A stretch of DNA of 64,000 nt, taken from positions 11,966,001 to 12,030,000 of the forward strand of contig NC_086109.1 in assembly GCF_963921235.1 (NCBI RefSeq), read 5' to 3'. The translations under genes were made by a program, and so were the position numbers. Below the pieces are notes generated by a model. The model did no database searches. It was not told the origin of the DNA and was given only the letters and a program-made list of their open reading frames with translations. This document shows positions 45,397 through 58,078 of the stretch, piece by piece; within the stretch, counting starts at the first letter, position 1, and each line of letters begins with the position of its first letter. The stretch comes from Mobula hypostoma. Taxonomy: Eukaryota.

Positions 45397-48251
45397 CTGA
45401 GGGAGGTATTTTCAGATTTGAGGGGAAAGGAACAACTTAATTCAAAAAAGATATCTTTGAACATGACATTAAAAACAGGTAAACCATGACACCACAGCCA
45501 ATGATTTTGGTCTGAGGTGCAGTCAGTGCTGTTACTGTGTCAGCTGTGTCAGTGCTCTCTCCCCTGTGTCAGTACTTTGTGGGTTCACTTCCCACTCCAG
45601 AGTCCTGAGCAGAAACCCAGGGCTTTCTCCCCAGTCTCACACCTCTCTCTCTTCTAATTACACTATCTCCCTCTCTACTCAGACTTGATGCAAAGCCTTG
45701 ACCCAAATCGTTGACAATTCCCTTCCCCCTTACAGATGCTGCTTGACCACTGAGTTCCTCTAGACTGTACTCTGAACTCCAGTTTTCAACACCTTTACTG
45801 TGTAGACGTGTTCAAGCTCCGTTCTGGCATTGGGGTACAACCCCCAAACAAACGCTGATTATGCAAATATCCAGCACAAGTTGTCACTCACTGGGTAGGA
45901 AATCAGTCAGAAGAATCAAAGTCCACAGCATTTTATTCACAGAGACCCAGCCAGGACCTGTCAGTCCTCGGAGAGAAATAACTATGAAATAAAAATGAGA
46001 AGAAGGCAGCTGGAAGTTCGATCTAAAAATGCAGTGACGCAACTGGGGTGTGGTACATAACAATCTGGAGAGCTTTCAGTTATATTTAGTAAGACAGAAA
46101 CATTTAAACAATTCCCAAAGGCTGAACAGAGGTGAGCGGTGTTGAAATATTTGACACAAGGAACAGCAAATGTTCTCATCTGAAGCAACAGTAAATGGCT
46201 GGCGGAATCCTAACGCAGAGGATTAATCTGAAACGTTGACCACCCTGCCTCTGCGGATCCCACCAGATTCCTTCAGATCTTTTCTTTTTTGCTTGATTAA
46301 AACGCCAGCTGTGGTAAGTCACTGGGGAAAGTGTTCATGGTGAAAAGTTAAAAGTGGAAAGGGAAAGAGCCCATTTTGAGTTTTGTGAGTGTGAGTAGAA
46401 AGTTACGTCACCCCTAGTCCAGCCCACAGGAACATTCGATGGCTCTAGGCTGGAGATTAGAAGGATGGAGGGGTGGGGGGAAGGTCTCATTGAAATCTGT
46501 TGAATATTGAAAGGCTAGATAAAGTGGATGTGGAGAGGATGTTTCCTGTAGTAGGGGAGTCTACAACTAAATGGCACAGTCTCAGACTACAAGGCCATTC
46601 CTTTAAAACAGAGACAAGGAAGGATTTCTTCAGACATAGGGTGATGAGTCTAAGGCCAAGTCATTAGATATATTTAAAATGGAGATTGATAGATTCTTGA
46701 TTATTGAAGGTGTCAAAGGTTATGGGGAGAAGGCAGGTGAATGGGGTTGAGAGAGCCTAATTTTACACCTTTGCCTTTTGGTCTTATGGTCCTCTAATAC
46801 AGGCACCAATCTGGTGAATCTCTTCCGCAACATGAATTCTTGAATGCTCACTGATCATCCAATGCAATAAGCCCTCTTTACCATCTCCCTTAGTTCTAAA
46901 TCTCGGGGTGTTATGGACTTGCACCCCAAGTTCCGTACATCGTTCTGGCCCTGCCTTGGTGATAACTTAATCAAACACGAGACAGGAGAAGGACATGACT
47001 TAAGACCCGATGAATGGTCTTGGCCTGAAAGGTCGACTGTTTACTGTTTTCCGTAGATTCTGCTTGGCCTTCTTAGGTCCTCTAGGTTTTTGCATGTGTT
47101 GTGATCATTCTATCAAACCTGTTTTTGGGAACTTGCTGCTGAGGAGGGAGTAAAGTGGGACATAGGTGTGATGTAGAAGGGGCTTTTCATGCAAACTCAG
47201 CATACAATTCCTTCTCCTCTCTGAAGGCTGATTCCACTATTTGAAGGAACTTTAAAGCTCACCTGTCTATATTCTGTTCCAACTGTCAGTGCAATTTCAA
47301 GAGCTCTGATAGGATTTCACTTTGCTTCAGTTAGATGTGAGGGAATTGCACATTCACAATGGGTGAAATCCACATCAGATCTGTTCTTAAACAAACCAAC
47401 TCCATTTTGACAGGAAATGGTCTGTGTGAATACACAATGCCTGTTGTTTCTATTTCCCATAGAATCATAGGGCACAGTAAATGGATAGGTCATACTTGTT
47501 CAAGGAGAACACATTTCTATCTTACCAATCTCACTGCCATGGTCTCCCTGACCCTTGACCCTGCATATCTTTGCTTATCTTTCCCATTGCTAGTTTCCCA
47601 ATATACCTGCGATCGTGGTTAGATCTTAAAACGTTCATCAAAGTGTGAATTAACCAGATTCGTGCTGTGCGATTCCCTGGGACAGATGAAGTTTGAGGAG
47701 AGCTTCAGTACAATTCCCACGTGTCACACATATTGGAGAAGTTATACAGAATCAGAATCAGAATCAGGTTTCATATCACTGGCATACTGTATGACGTGAA
47801 ATTGGCTGTAGTGGTCTGAATCCTTCACTATTCATTTCCATAGATGCTGCCTGACCTGCTGAGTTCCTCCAGTATTGTTTGTGTGTTGCTTTTGATTTCA
47901 TTGTAGTGTGAGGGTTGAGCTGATCCAAGAATGTAGCTCATTTATATTTTCCTGAATTTTTGTTGCTGACTTTGCAATTGTTTATAAACACTTCATTTCA
48001 CATTGTATATAAATAGATGAATTATAAAATAATTCAGGATACATGGACAGCTTTTGTTACTTTGGGTTTGTTACATTTGTTTTAGGGGGAAACATTGCAG
48101 CATACTAGCCATGAATGTATGTCTGCTTAAGTGTTGTACATTGTATAGTAGGAGTGCTAACTCCACTGCATCAACCACTCCTGCCATCTGTGTAACATTC
48201 ACCCTCAGCTATGGATGTGGTTAGAACTTCCATCTTCTTTACTTGACTTAC

Positions 48252-48380
48252 CAAACAGAATACAGAGAAGTACCAATGGTGGCTACACATAGCCAGATCA
48301 TTCTGGTCTCTTCCTGCATTGCCCCATCACTTCTTGGAAAACTTCTCAACAACCGTTGTTCAATATGCTGATGTGAACAA
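48252..48380 (-). other. Candidate leader-like hydrophobic exon, apparently frameshifted
   Basis: Strong acceptor tctctgcag and donor TTTG|gtaagt. MQEETRMIWLCVA.../LVLLCILF lie in two frames, 2 nt shorter than the paralog at 60375-60444. Confidence 0.35.
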
Positions 48381-48842
48381 CTGCAGAGATACAAAACATC
48401 TTTGCGCCTTATGGTCTTCTGTTCTATGAGATGAAGTAATGCAGGAAGAGGATAGAACAATGTGTTTACATGAGCCATCCATTGGTCCTTCCCTAAATTC
48501 TGTTTTGTAAGTAAAGAAAACAGAAGTTCCAACCATATCCTTTGGGAACTGCTTTTGGATGTCCTCGGAAAGGGAAAGGGTCCCTTTCAGATTCAGAATC
48601 AGATGTGAAGTTTGTTGTTTGTCAGCAGAAATAAAGAAAACAAGTTCCTTCCCTCAGGTGATTAATTATCTCAGGTATAACAGGTCCTGATTCACACGTG
48701 GAACCACTGCATCTGGAATTATCTCCAGCTATCCACACACATCAGGTAACCCTGACCCGAAGAGATCATGAGCTCCAAACAGACTCTGGTGTTATTGCTT
48801 CACATCCTCACATAGCAGGTGAAGGATATCATGTCATATTGC

Positions 48843-51190
48843 ATAAGACCATAGATACATAGAATTAGGCCATTTGGCCCATTGAGTCTGCTCCGCCATT
48901 TCATCATGGATGCTCTAAATTTCTTCTCAGCTCCAGTTTCTTGCCTTCTCCCCGTATCCCTTCATGCCCTGACCAATCAAAAACCTATCAACCTCTGCCT
49001 TAAATATACATAAAGGCTTGGCCTCCACAGTTGCCTGTGGTAAAGAATTCCACAGATTTACCACCCTCTGGCTAAAGAAATTCCTCCTTGTCTATGTTCT
49101 GAAAGGACACCCCCCTCATTCTTAGGCTGAGTCCACTGGTCATGGCCTTTCCTACCATCAGAAAATTCCTTGCCATCTCTACTCTGTCAAGGCTTTTCAC
49201 CATTCAACAGTTTTCAATTAGGACATATCTCATTCTTCTGAATTCTAATGAATATAGGCCCAGAGCCATCGGGCCCTCTTCCTATGACAAACAATTCAAT
49301 CCTGGAAATTTTGTGAACCTCCTTTGAACCCTCTCCAGTTTCAGCAAACCCGTTCTAAGGTAAGGTACTCAAAACTGCTCACAATACTCCAAGTAAGGCC
49401 TCACCAGCGCTTTATAAAGTTTCAACATTACATCCTTGTGCTTATATTCTAGTATTCTTGAAATGAAAATTAACATTGTATTTGCCTTTCTCACCAGAGA
49501 CTCAAGCTGCAAACTAACCTTTAGGGAATCCCACACAAGGACTCCCAAGTTCCTTTGTGTCTCAGATTTTTGTATTTTTTCTCCATTTAGAAAATAGTCA
49601 ACCCTTTGATTTCTTCTACCAAAGTGCATGACCATAAACTTCCTGACACTGTATTCCATCTGCCATTTCTTCACCCATTCTCCCAATCTGTCTAATTCCT
49701 TCTGTAGCCTCTCTATTTTCTCAAAACTACCTGGCCCTCCATCTATCTTCATACTGCCTGCAATCTTTGCAACAAAGACAACAATTCCATCATCCAAAAT
49801 CACTGACATATAAGGCAAAAAGTATTGGTCCCAACACCGACCCCTGTAGAACGCCATGAGCCACTGGCAGCCAACCAGAAAAGACTTCCTTTATCAACAC
49901 ATACAAAATGCTGGAGGAACTCAGCAGGCCAGGCAGAATCTATGGACAAAAGCACAGTCGACATTTCGGGCTAAAACTCTTCGGCAGGACTGGAGAAAAA
50001 ATGCTGAGGAGTATTCAGCTACTCATCTGCAGATTATCTCTTGTTTATTCCCACTCTTTGCCTCCTGTCATTCTGCCACTTTGCTAGAATGTTCTCTGAA
50101 CTACCATGGGCTCATAACTTGTTAAGCAGCTTCATGTGTGGCACCTTGTCAAAGGCCTTCTGAAAATCCACGTACACAACATCAACTGATTCTCCTTTGT
50201 CTATCCTGCTTATTATTTATCAAAAAAATTCCAACAAATTTGTCAGGCAAGAAGCCATGCTGACTATGGACTATTTTATCATGTGCCTCTAATGACCCTA
50301 AAACCACATCTTTAACAATCGACTCCAACATCGTTCCAAGCATTGAGGTCAGACTAACAAGCCTATAATTTTCTTTCTTCTGCCTCTCTCTCTTTTTGAC
50401 GAGTGGAGTGACTTTTGAAATTTCCATTCCTTCGGAACCATTTCTGAAGCAATTGATTCTTGAAAGATCACTACTTATGCCTCCACAATTTCTTCAGACA
50501 CCTCTTTCAGAGCCCTGGGGTATACCATCTGGTCCAGGTAATTTATTTACTTTCAGACCTTTCAGTTTCCCAAGAACTTTCTGCTTAGTAATGGCAACTT
50601 CACACACTTCTGCCATCTGACACACTTGAACTTCCAGCATACTGCAAGTGTCTTTCACAGTGAAGACTGATGCAAAATACTTGTTCAGTTCATCCTCCAT
50701 TTCCTTGTCACCCATTATAGCTCTCCAGCATCATTTTCCAGCAGTCCAATATCCATTTTCGCCTCTCTTTTACATTTTATGTATCTGTGGAAACTTTTGA
50801 TGTCCTCTTTAATATTGTTGGCTAGTTTACTTTTGTATTCCATCTTTATCTTCTTAATGACTTTTTTAATTGTTTTCTGCTGGATTTTGAAAGCTTCCCC
50901 ATCCTCTAAGTTCCCACTAATCTTTTCTCTTTTATATGCCCTCTGTTTGGCTTTTATGTGGGATTTGACTTCTCTTGTCCATGGTTGTGCATCTTTCCTT
51001 TAGAATACTACTTCCTCTTTGGTATGTAAATATCTTGTGCCTTCTGAATTGCTTCCAGAAATTTCACCCATTGCTGCTCTACTGCCATCCCTGCAGGTGT
51101 TCCTTTCCAATCAATACTGGCCAACTCCCCTCGCATGCCTCTGTAATTACCTTCACTATACTGTAATATTGATACATCTGACTTTAGCTT
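48843..51190 (-). mobile_element. Degenerate CR1 LINE with a nested short repeat
   Basis: Fragments LYKALVRPYLEYC (49369-49857), NYRLVSL (50182-50427) and PGPDG (50494-50715). Penelope-derived repeat at about 49897-50045. Confidence 0.85.
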
Positions 51191-52329
51191 CCCACCTGTC
51201 AATGAGACATTTCTAAGTTCAAAATTCAAATTAAGTTGATTATCAAAGTACAGTACGTACATGTCACCATATACTACTCTGAATATAATGACAACAATGT
51301 AGTTCTCATTTTCAAGACCCTTTATTGTACTTTCATGGGTTACAGTCACAGATCAGTACTGAGAAAAGATACCCCTTCTATTTGCAGGTTCACACCCTGA
51401 TGACTAATGCAAGCTGCAATAATTTGCAGCTCACTCATTTTATTCAGCAGCCAACTTTTATTTCCATTACTTGTTCTCCTTTAAGACCTCTGTACAGTGA
51501 CTGGAAATTTTCATGCTTATTTCTATATTTCAGTCCATTTCTACAAAATGTGTTATGAAAGGTCAGTAATCGTGCACCTTATCAAAGTTGAAAAAATTTA
51601 TTATCAAATTTTATTATCAAATTTATTATCAACGTTTGCGTCACCAGAAGATTCGCCTTGAGATTAATTTTCTTGCAGGCATTCAGAGTAGAACAAAGGA
51701 ATATAATAGAATCAATTAAAAACACATACAGATACGTACAAACATACAATGTGCTCAGGAAGCAAACTATGCAAATACAATAACTAAGTAAAGATATAAT
51801 ATGGAAGACATGAGTTGTAGAATCCTTGAAGGTGATTCCATAGGTTGTGTTCAGTGATCATTTTAATGTTGAGGTGACTGAAGTTATCCACCCTGGTTCA
51901 GGAACCTCATGGCTGCCCTGTTCCTGAACCTGTTAGTTTGGGACCAGAGGCTCATGTACCTCCTTCTGATCAGTAGCAGTGAGAAGAGAGCACGTCTGGA
52001 TGATGGGGTTGTTGGATGAATCCTGCTTTCTTATAGCAGTACACCTTTGTAGACGTGCTCACTGGTGGGCTGGGCTTTACCTATCAACTGATCAGATCAG
52101 TCTTAACTAATCTCCATACAGACCGTCCCTGAGTGATGAATGGGTCCATTTTTACAGATGCCTTTGAGTCAATTCTGCCTGTAATTCAGAAAACACAACA
52201 AATATCACTCAATATGGTATCCATACTTCCATGATATTATTACAAAAGGCATCAACTGCATATAAAACTGAGATGAAAGAGTAATTCTGAAAAGTAGAGA
52301 GAGAGAAAACTGGTTCTATTATTTATGGA

Positions 52330-53235
52330 AACATAGAACAGCACAGTACAGGCCCTTTGGCACAGAATATTGTGCCAATCTATACTTCTTGATCAATCTA
52401 ATCCTTCCCTCCTATACAGCACATAACCCTCTATATTCATACACATATGCATGTACATAACTAAGAGCCTCTAAATGTCCCTATTATATAAGCCTCTACC
52501 ATCTTTCCTGCAGTGTTTCCAGGGACCAACCAATCAATATAAAAAAAACTTGCCTCTTACATTTCTCCTTAACTTTTGTCCACTCACCTTAAATGGATGT
52601 CTTCTGGTGTTGGTCATTGGGAATGAGGTGCTGTCTGTCCACTCAATCTATGCCTTATACACCTCTTCTACATCACTCTACCAAGTTACCTCTCACTCTC
52701 CTTTGCTCCTAAGAGAAAAACACTGGCCCACTCAACACTTACTCCTCCTCATAATACAAGTTCTCTGATCCAGGCAGCATCTTGGTGAACCTCCTCTGCA
52801 CCCTCTCTAAAGCTTCCACAACCTTCTGACAATGAGGCAATCAGAACTGAATTAAATTCTCCAAGTCTGATTGAAGCAGAGATTTATTGAGTGTAACATT
52901 ACCTTGTGGCTCCTGAACTCAGTCCCTCATCTAGCGAAGTCCAGCACCTCAAACATCTTCTTTAACACTCTTTCAACTTACGCAGCAACTTTGAGGAATC
53001 TACGGACTTGCACCCCAATATCCCTCAGTTCCTCCACATTGCTCAGAATCCTGCCATTAACCTTGTAATCTGCCCTCAAGTTCGATCATCCAAACTGTAT
53101 CACTTCACATTTCTCAGTGTTAAACTCCACCTACCACTTCTCCACCCAGCACTGCAACCATTCGTCATCCTATTGTAACTGATGACAGGCTCTGTACCAT
53201 CCACAACACTGACAATCTTCGAGTCATGTGCAAAC
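52330..53235 (-). mobile_element. Degenerate CR1 3' fragment
   Basis: Begins catagaacagcacagtacaggccctttggc (tail) and resembles the other minus-strand CR1 3' regions in the window. Confidence 0.7.
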
Positions 53236-53238
53236 AGT

Positions 53239-53628
53239 ACTTTGCAGAAGTCAGCGGCAAACGTCAAAATATTCTGTAAAGTGAAGATGCTTTCAAAAAT
53301 AATGAAATGAGAAGTTTCTAAACATCAAATATTTACTATAAATTGCAGTAAACAGTAAAAAACAATAAATCAAGCCAATATTTGTTGAAATCTTCCTTTG
53401 CCTTTAAAACTGCATCAATCCTCTGAGTTGCACTGTTGTGCGGTTTTATAAGAAAGTTATCTGGTAGGTTGCCACAGTTCTTCTCCAGACTTTGGCTGAT
53501 GTGCTTGCCTCTGAACCTCCAGATAATCGCAAACAGCCTCACTGATGTTGAGATTAGGGCCCTGTGGAAGCCATAGCATCTGAAACTATATAAAAAATCT
53601 ACGATGCCTGCTATTTTTGCACAGTACT
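53239..53628. mobile_element. Tc1-like non-autonomous element
   Basis: Ends ...tttgcacagtactg, a Tc1-type terminus. Internal sequence resembles antisense Tc1 3' region. Confidence 0.45.
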
Positions 53629-53845
53629 GCACATTGGAGATTTGAATTCAGTAATATTACCGAGGCTCGTTCATTTGTAGAAGGGTCCATAAGTCAGGAA
53701 TTCATAACCTGGGAATGGACTTTATAGACTTTTATCCTACACGTCACTTCTCTGACTGGATCTGCTTTCTAAACTGACACTCTTCCACTCCTCAGCCAGA
53801 TCTGAGGACGGATCCCTGACATGAAACTGAGTTTGATGAAAGGTC

Positions 53846-55385
53846 CGTTATGGTTGGTGGATATAAAAGAGTAAAATAATTCAATGGAAACAAGAGAGCC
53901 AAGAAATGTGAATATTAGTTTATGTTTTTACTTTAAGTGATGTGTGCACGTGAGGCCCCATGTGCCACTTAGGCATTAAGGGGTCAGACGACGATGACAA
54001 TGTGTGTACATATCACATGGTAGTGTCATGACATATGCAAATTAAGTCTTTTATTTATAAACCGTATTTAATTATTTAAACAAACAAGAATATATGTACA
54101 ATATGATCCAAATATTACTAAAATATGCAATACACAACACTTCTCCCTGCTTGCAACTCAATATAGTATGCATCTCAACTATATACAAAGTATAATATAT
54201 CGTGCAGCTACTATTTGCAGACATCCACAGCATAGTAAATTTTAATTTGTCTCATTCAGGCCTAATGATTTAATTGCTGTGAAGGACTTCCTACTCCTGT
54301 GGGACAACATCTTTCCTGACCAGTAGGATCACTCCACCTGGCAGTTAATACCTGTGGCTGTGAAACTATCTCAGGCTCTGGGGCCTTGTCCATGGTGGTA
54401 GTAGGAGCTGACTTTAAGACTGCAGAAAGTGGTTCTGACAGCTCTGGACATTTTTCTTCTTCCCTTTTCTTTTTCTAGTTTATGTATCTTGATGCTGGGA
54501 AGGTGCAGTTAGTTAATTGTAGTATTCTCTTATTAACCCTTCTGTTTCTCCCATTACAATCTGATCTGTCCTCTTGGTTTTCTCATCCACATCATCATCT
54601 GATGAATCCTCTGCTTTTGACTCTCCATTGACTCCTTTCCTTTTGACCTTCCATTAATCCAGCTGGGCCTTGGTCATTGCATCTACTTTTACAAGCAGCT
54701 TTTTGTCTCTCACTTGAAGTTCACGCAATAAGTATAATGCACACACAGTAGATTCTGGTTCTTTATTCTCACAAAAGCCAAATGCTTGCAACTTTCCTGA
54801 AGCTCCTGGAACTGTCTTCTGTTTTAAAACCAAGCCATATTTCACAAATAACCGCCTGACTAACATGTCAGAAGCTTTCTCTGATATGTTGCCCACAAAA
54901 GCTGTTATTGTCAGACCAGTGTTTTCATCACTTTCGCACTACTGAACAGCATGGTCTTTCCTTATCCAATATGCTTTCCAACCAGAAGTACAGAGGTTGG
55001 GACCGACACCTGTTAGTCCTCCATTTAGCAGTGGTTCATGCTGTTCTGTGTAGAGACAGTTGTGGCATCATCCAGCAATGTTTTAAGTTTGTTTCCAGTT
55101 AACTTCATTGCAGGGGTATGGCATGTGAAGTAGTGAATGGATTTCCAGTCAAGTAGTAGTTGTCTCAGCCAAACATGTCCCCACGATGCTGGCCCTTCTC
55201 TTCTTACCACATACAAGCTCAATGTGGCTTCTTGTTGTTGTATTTCTCAGTTACAAATGCCATTCTCACAGGAATTACTTTTTCTCCTGGATAAGTTCTT
55301 AGTTGACTATCTGGAGGCTTCAGCTTGGAATCTTTGAAAAGCTGTGCAAACTCATTTTGTGGAACTGAAACAGCTGAATGACCTA
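53846..55385 (-). mobile_element. Old Gypsy LTR-retrotransposon remnant: protease region, integrase C-tail, PPT and 3' LTR
   Basis: 55060-55385 reads SAVSVPQNEFAQLFKDSKLKP.DSQLRTYPGEKV...WLRQLLLDWKSIH...LLDDATTV (retropepsin/RT junction). The integrase tail lies at about 54230-54450. PPT agcagggagaag at about 54140-54151; LTR about 53846-54139. Confidence 0.7.
54452..55015 (-). pseudogene. RBM25: Intronless RBM25 retrocopy fragment (pre-RRM region, RRM and following acidic/basic region)
   Basis: Reads VSVPTSVLLVGKHIG/RKDHAVQ*CESDENTGLTITAFVGNISEKASDMLVRRLFVKYGLVLKQKTVPGASGKLQAFGFCENKEPESTVCALYLLRELQVRDKKLLVKVDAMTKAQLD*WKVKRK...DEKTKRTDQIVMG...LIREY...RKRKGKKK. This is colinear with my recall of vertebrate RBM25 (VGKHLGARKDH...VFVGNISEKASDML...GASGKLQAFGFCEYKEPES...LLVKVDAKTKAQLDEWK). 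It has several stops and a frameshift. Confidence 0.88.
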
Positions 55386-56028
55386 ATCCCGCTCCTGTGC
55401 TTATGGTCTTATGATCCTGACTGCATCAGTAAAATCCAGGAACCTGAATGCGATCTGTTCGTCATGTATAAAGTTTCATTCTCAACTAAACCAACCGGTT
55501 AAATGACTTATTAACTTCAGCAGTTTATAAACAAGTATTTTAACTGACTGCTTATTAATTATTGGAAGACACAATGACCTCTGGCATTTAAATCCATAGA
55601 AAAGAGTTTAATAGAGTAAAATCGTCTTAAGCAGTTCACAGCTGTGACAGGGTTAAAAATAGTTGCTGTGGCAACAAATAAGAAGTGCCACAATATTGAG
55701 ACATGTTGGAAACAGAATGCTAAAAATAAATCACTGTCTTGAAGAATGGTAACATTATTTTTTCACCTTCATGAAGTTAACAATTTAATGACAAAAGTGG
55801 TTAGCTTCACAAATGATAAATCTCTTGCATAAAGTGGAAAGAAGTATGAATATTTTATCTTGGCGCAAAATTCCAGCAGTCCGAAGCCTTCACTTTACCT
55901 AATGGACCAGTTTCTGAGGATCTGGTACATCCTCACAAAAGGCAACGGTCAAATCATCAGACCCATCGACATTGGGAACTCTGCTTTAGAGTTGTATCTA
56001 GAGTTTTTAGACTCCCAATATATTCACA

Positions 56029-56076
56029 TCAAGCATTCTGCACACATACAGTGTGTCGACATCTTGTGAATATCAT
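56029..56076 (-). CDS. Short terminal tail exon without ITIM (phase 0)
   Basis: Acceptor actatttgcag|ATG. Reads MIFTRCRHTVCVQNA*; lies 114 nt after the TM donor. Confidence 0.5.
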   Translation of the reverse strand: MIFTRCRHTVCVQNA

Positions 56077-56190
56077 CTGCAAATAGTTTTGGATTGACTA
56101 TTGGATAAGAAAAGGTCAATGTATTTAAATGTCTCTCCTCAAATGATGAGTATATTTGAAAGCAAATTCCACCGATGTCCAGAAGCCTAC

Positions 56191-56281
56191 CTTAGTTTCC
56201 CTTGTGAACCATGTGACTGAAATAGTGCAGGTCACCAGCAGAGCGAAGAGCAGCCAACGACCAACCTTCCATATCATGAAA
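56191..56281 (-). CDS. Transmembrane exon with basic residues (activating type), 91 nt, phase 2 to 0
   Basis: Acceptor cttcccctttactcag|T, donor AAG|gtaggc. Reads FMIWKVGRWLLFALLVTCTISVTWFTRETK. Confidence 0.78.
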
Positions 56282-56350
56282 CTGAGTAAAGGGGAAGAGA
56301 TACAGAACTGATGAGACAAAACGATATGGCTTTGAGTTTGAAATATTTAC

Positions 56351-56466
56351 CTCCTGTTTCCTCTGTAATCTTGGTGGAGTGGATGAGCTAAGTAAGCAGA
56401 GCTAGAGTTCAACTGGAAGAGTCAACTGGTGTTGACTGAATGACGGGATGGGGGAAGGGGAACAAC
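56351..56466 (-). pseudogene. Pro/Ser-rich stalk-like exon carrying a stop
   Basis: Acceptor gatcacag, donor GAG|gtaaat; 116 nt. The phase 0 to 2 frame reads VVPLPPSRHSVNTS*LFQLNSSSAYLAHPLHQDYRGNR with TGA at 56422-56424. The other frames also contain stops. Confidence 0.55.
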
Positions 56467-57489
56467 CTGTGATCATCAGTTACAGGCACATAATTACTGT
56501 AACTTGGTCTCTTACAAATGAGTTCTTTGAATTAGAAACTACACAGTGAAAATGGATTCAGGAAAAATAAACATAAGAGGAAAGCAGAGCGAAATAATTT
56601 TTACTCTGGATCTGGTGCAGCAAAAAAGTACTGAAAAGATAAAGAACACAGTAATGAAGTGAACACAGCTGAGGGGTGACCTGATAGAGGGTTAAAAATT
56701 AAGAGGGACAGAACTATGGTGGATGGTCGCAGTCTTTATCCCAGGGCAAGGGAGTCAATAATCCGAGAGCCTTGGCTTGAGGCGAGAGGGGAAGTCTTAG
56801 AGGGTCTGGAGGGGCAGTGTTTTCCACACAGAGCAGTGTGTACATGGAAAAGGCTGCCAGAGGAAGTGCTGGAAGTGGTTACAAATACACTATTTAAAAT
56901 ACATTCGGACAAGTTCTTGTACAAAACAGCTTCAGAAGGATACCAGCCAAATGCAGGGAAATGGGAGAAGCTCAGGAAGACACTGTGGTCAGCATGGATG
57001 ATTTGGGGTGAAGCTCCTGTATCCACAACTAATAACTCTGCAGCATCCTCTCTAAACTGGAACACATTTCTGAAAAGTTAAATTCAGAATTCTATTTCAT
57101 TGCATAGATGAGTCAGATTATGGAATCACAGCCAATCAGATTGAACTTCAATTTAAAAATTCAAACTACATTTATTATCAAAGTATATATATTATATACA
57201 ACCTTGAGATTTGTCTCTTTATAGGCAGCCACAAAACAAAAAAAATGAAATAGAACTCAGTAAAAAAGACCGTCAAACACAAATGTGCAGAAAAAAACCA
57301 TGCAAACCATAAAAGTAAGCAAATTACATTCAGAACTTAAATTCGCAAAGGTGAGTCACAGACACAAAAACAGTCATCACCGCAACCCATTCAGGAGCCC
57401 ATTAGTTGCAGGCCACGACCTCGATTCAGCACAGAAATGAGTAAGGCTCATGGAGTAGCAAGCTGAACACTGGCCTGTTCCTCACTTAC

Positions 57490-57575
57490 GACAGGCATTC
57501 CTGCAGTGTTTTCCATGGATTTTGAAGATTTGTTATCCTGTACACAATCATGAAATGCAGCAGCCTTGATCATTC
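57490..57575 (-). CDS. Exon-like segment X with intact splice sites (86 nt, phase 1 to 0)
   Basis: Acceptor ctatgttcag|GA, donor GTC|gtaagt. Reads MIKAAAFHDCVQDNKSSKSMENTAGMPV. Confidence 0.45.
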
Positions 57576-58078
57576 CTGAACATAGATGCAATGAGAAGCA
57601 ATGGATTCCTTTCTCATATCTCAGAGTGAATGAGGTATTTTAATCAGCAACCAGAAACTCGAGTTTCAGCTGTTTCTAATATACAAGGTCTGCCCAGGAA
57701 ATCCTAAAGCTAATGATGACCATAAGACAAAGGGACCATAATACAGGAGGGCAGAATTAGACCATTCAACCCTTAGAGTCTGCTCCGCCATTCCATCATG
57801 CAATCCCAACACATGCAGAACACCACGAGTCGCTGACAGTCAAACAGAAAGGTTCTCTTTATTACCAGTCTTTGCTGCCTGACAGTCAGCCATAGTCTTT
57901 CCAGCAATAACATGGGTTCTTACCTTTTAAGCAGCCTCACGTGTGGCACCTTTGTCAAAGGCCTTCACAACATTCAAATAAACATTATCCACTGACTCTC
58001 CTTTGTCTGTCCTGCCTTGAATTTCCTCAAAAAATTCCAACAGGTTTTTCAGGCAATATTTCCTTAGTGACAAACAGT

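Noticed and set aside
47262-47400. Strong minus-strand donor (ACAG|gtgagc) with an upstream ATG (MWISPIV...)
   Set aside because: Stops lie between the ATG and the donor, there is no hydrophobic core, and the segment is absent from the paralogous module E.
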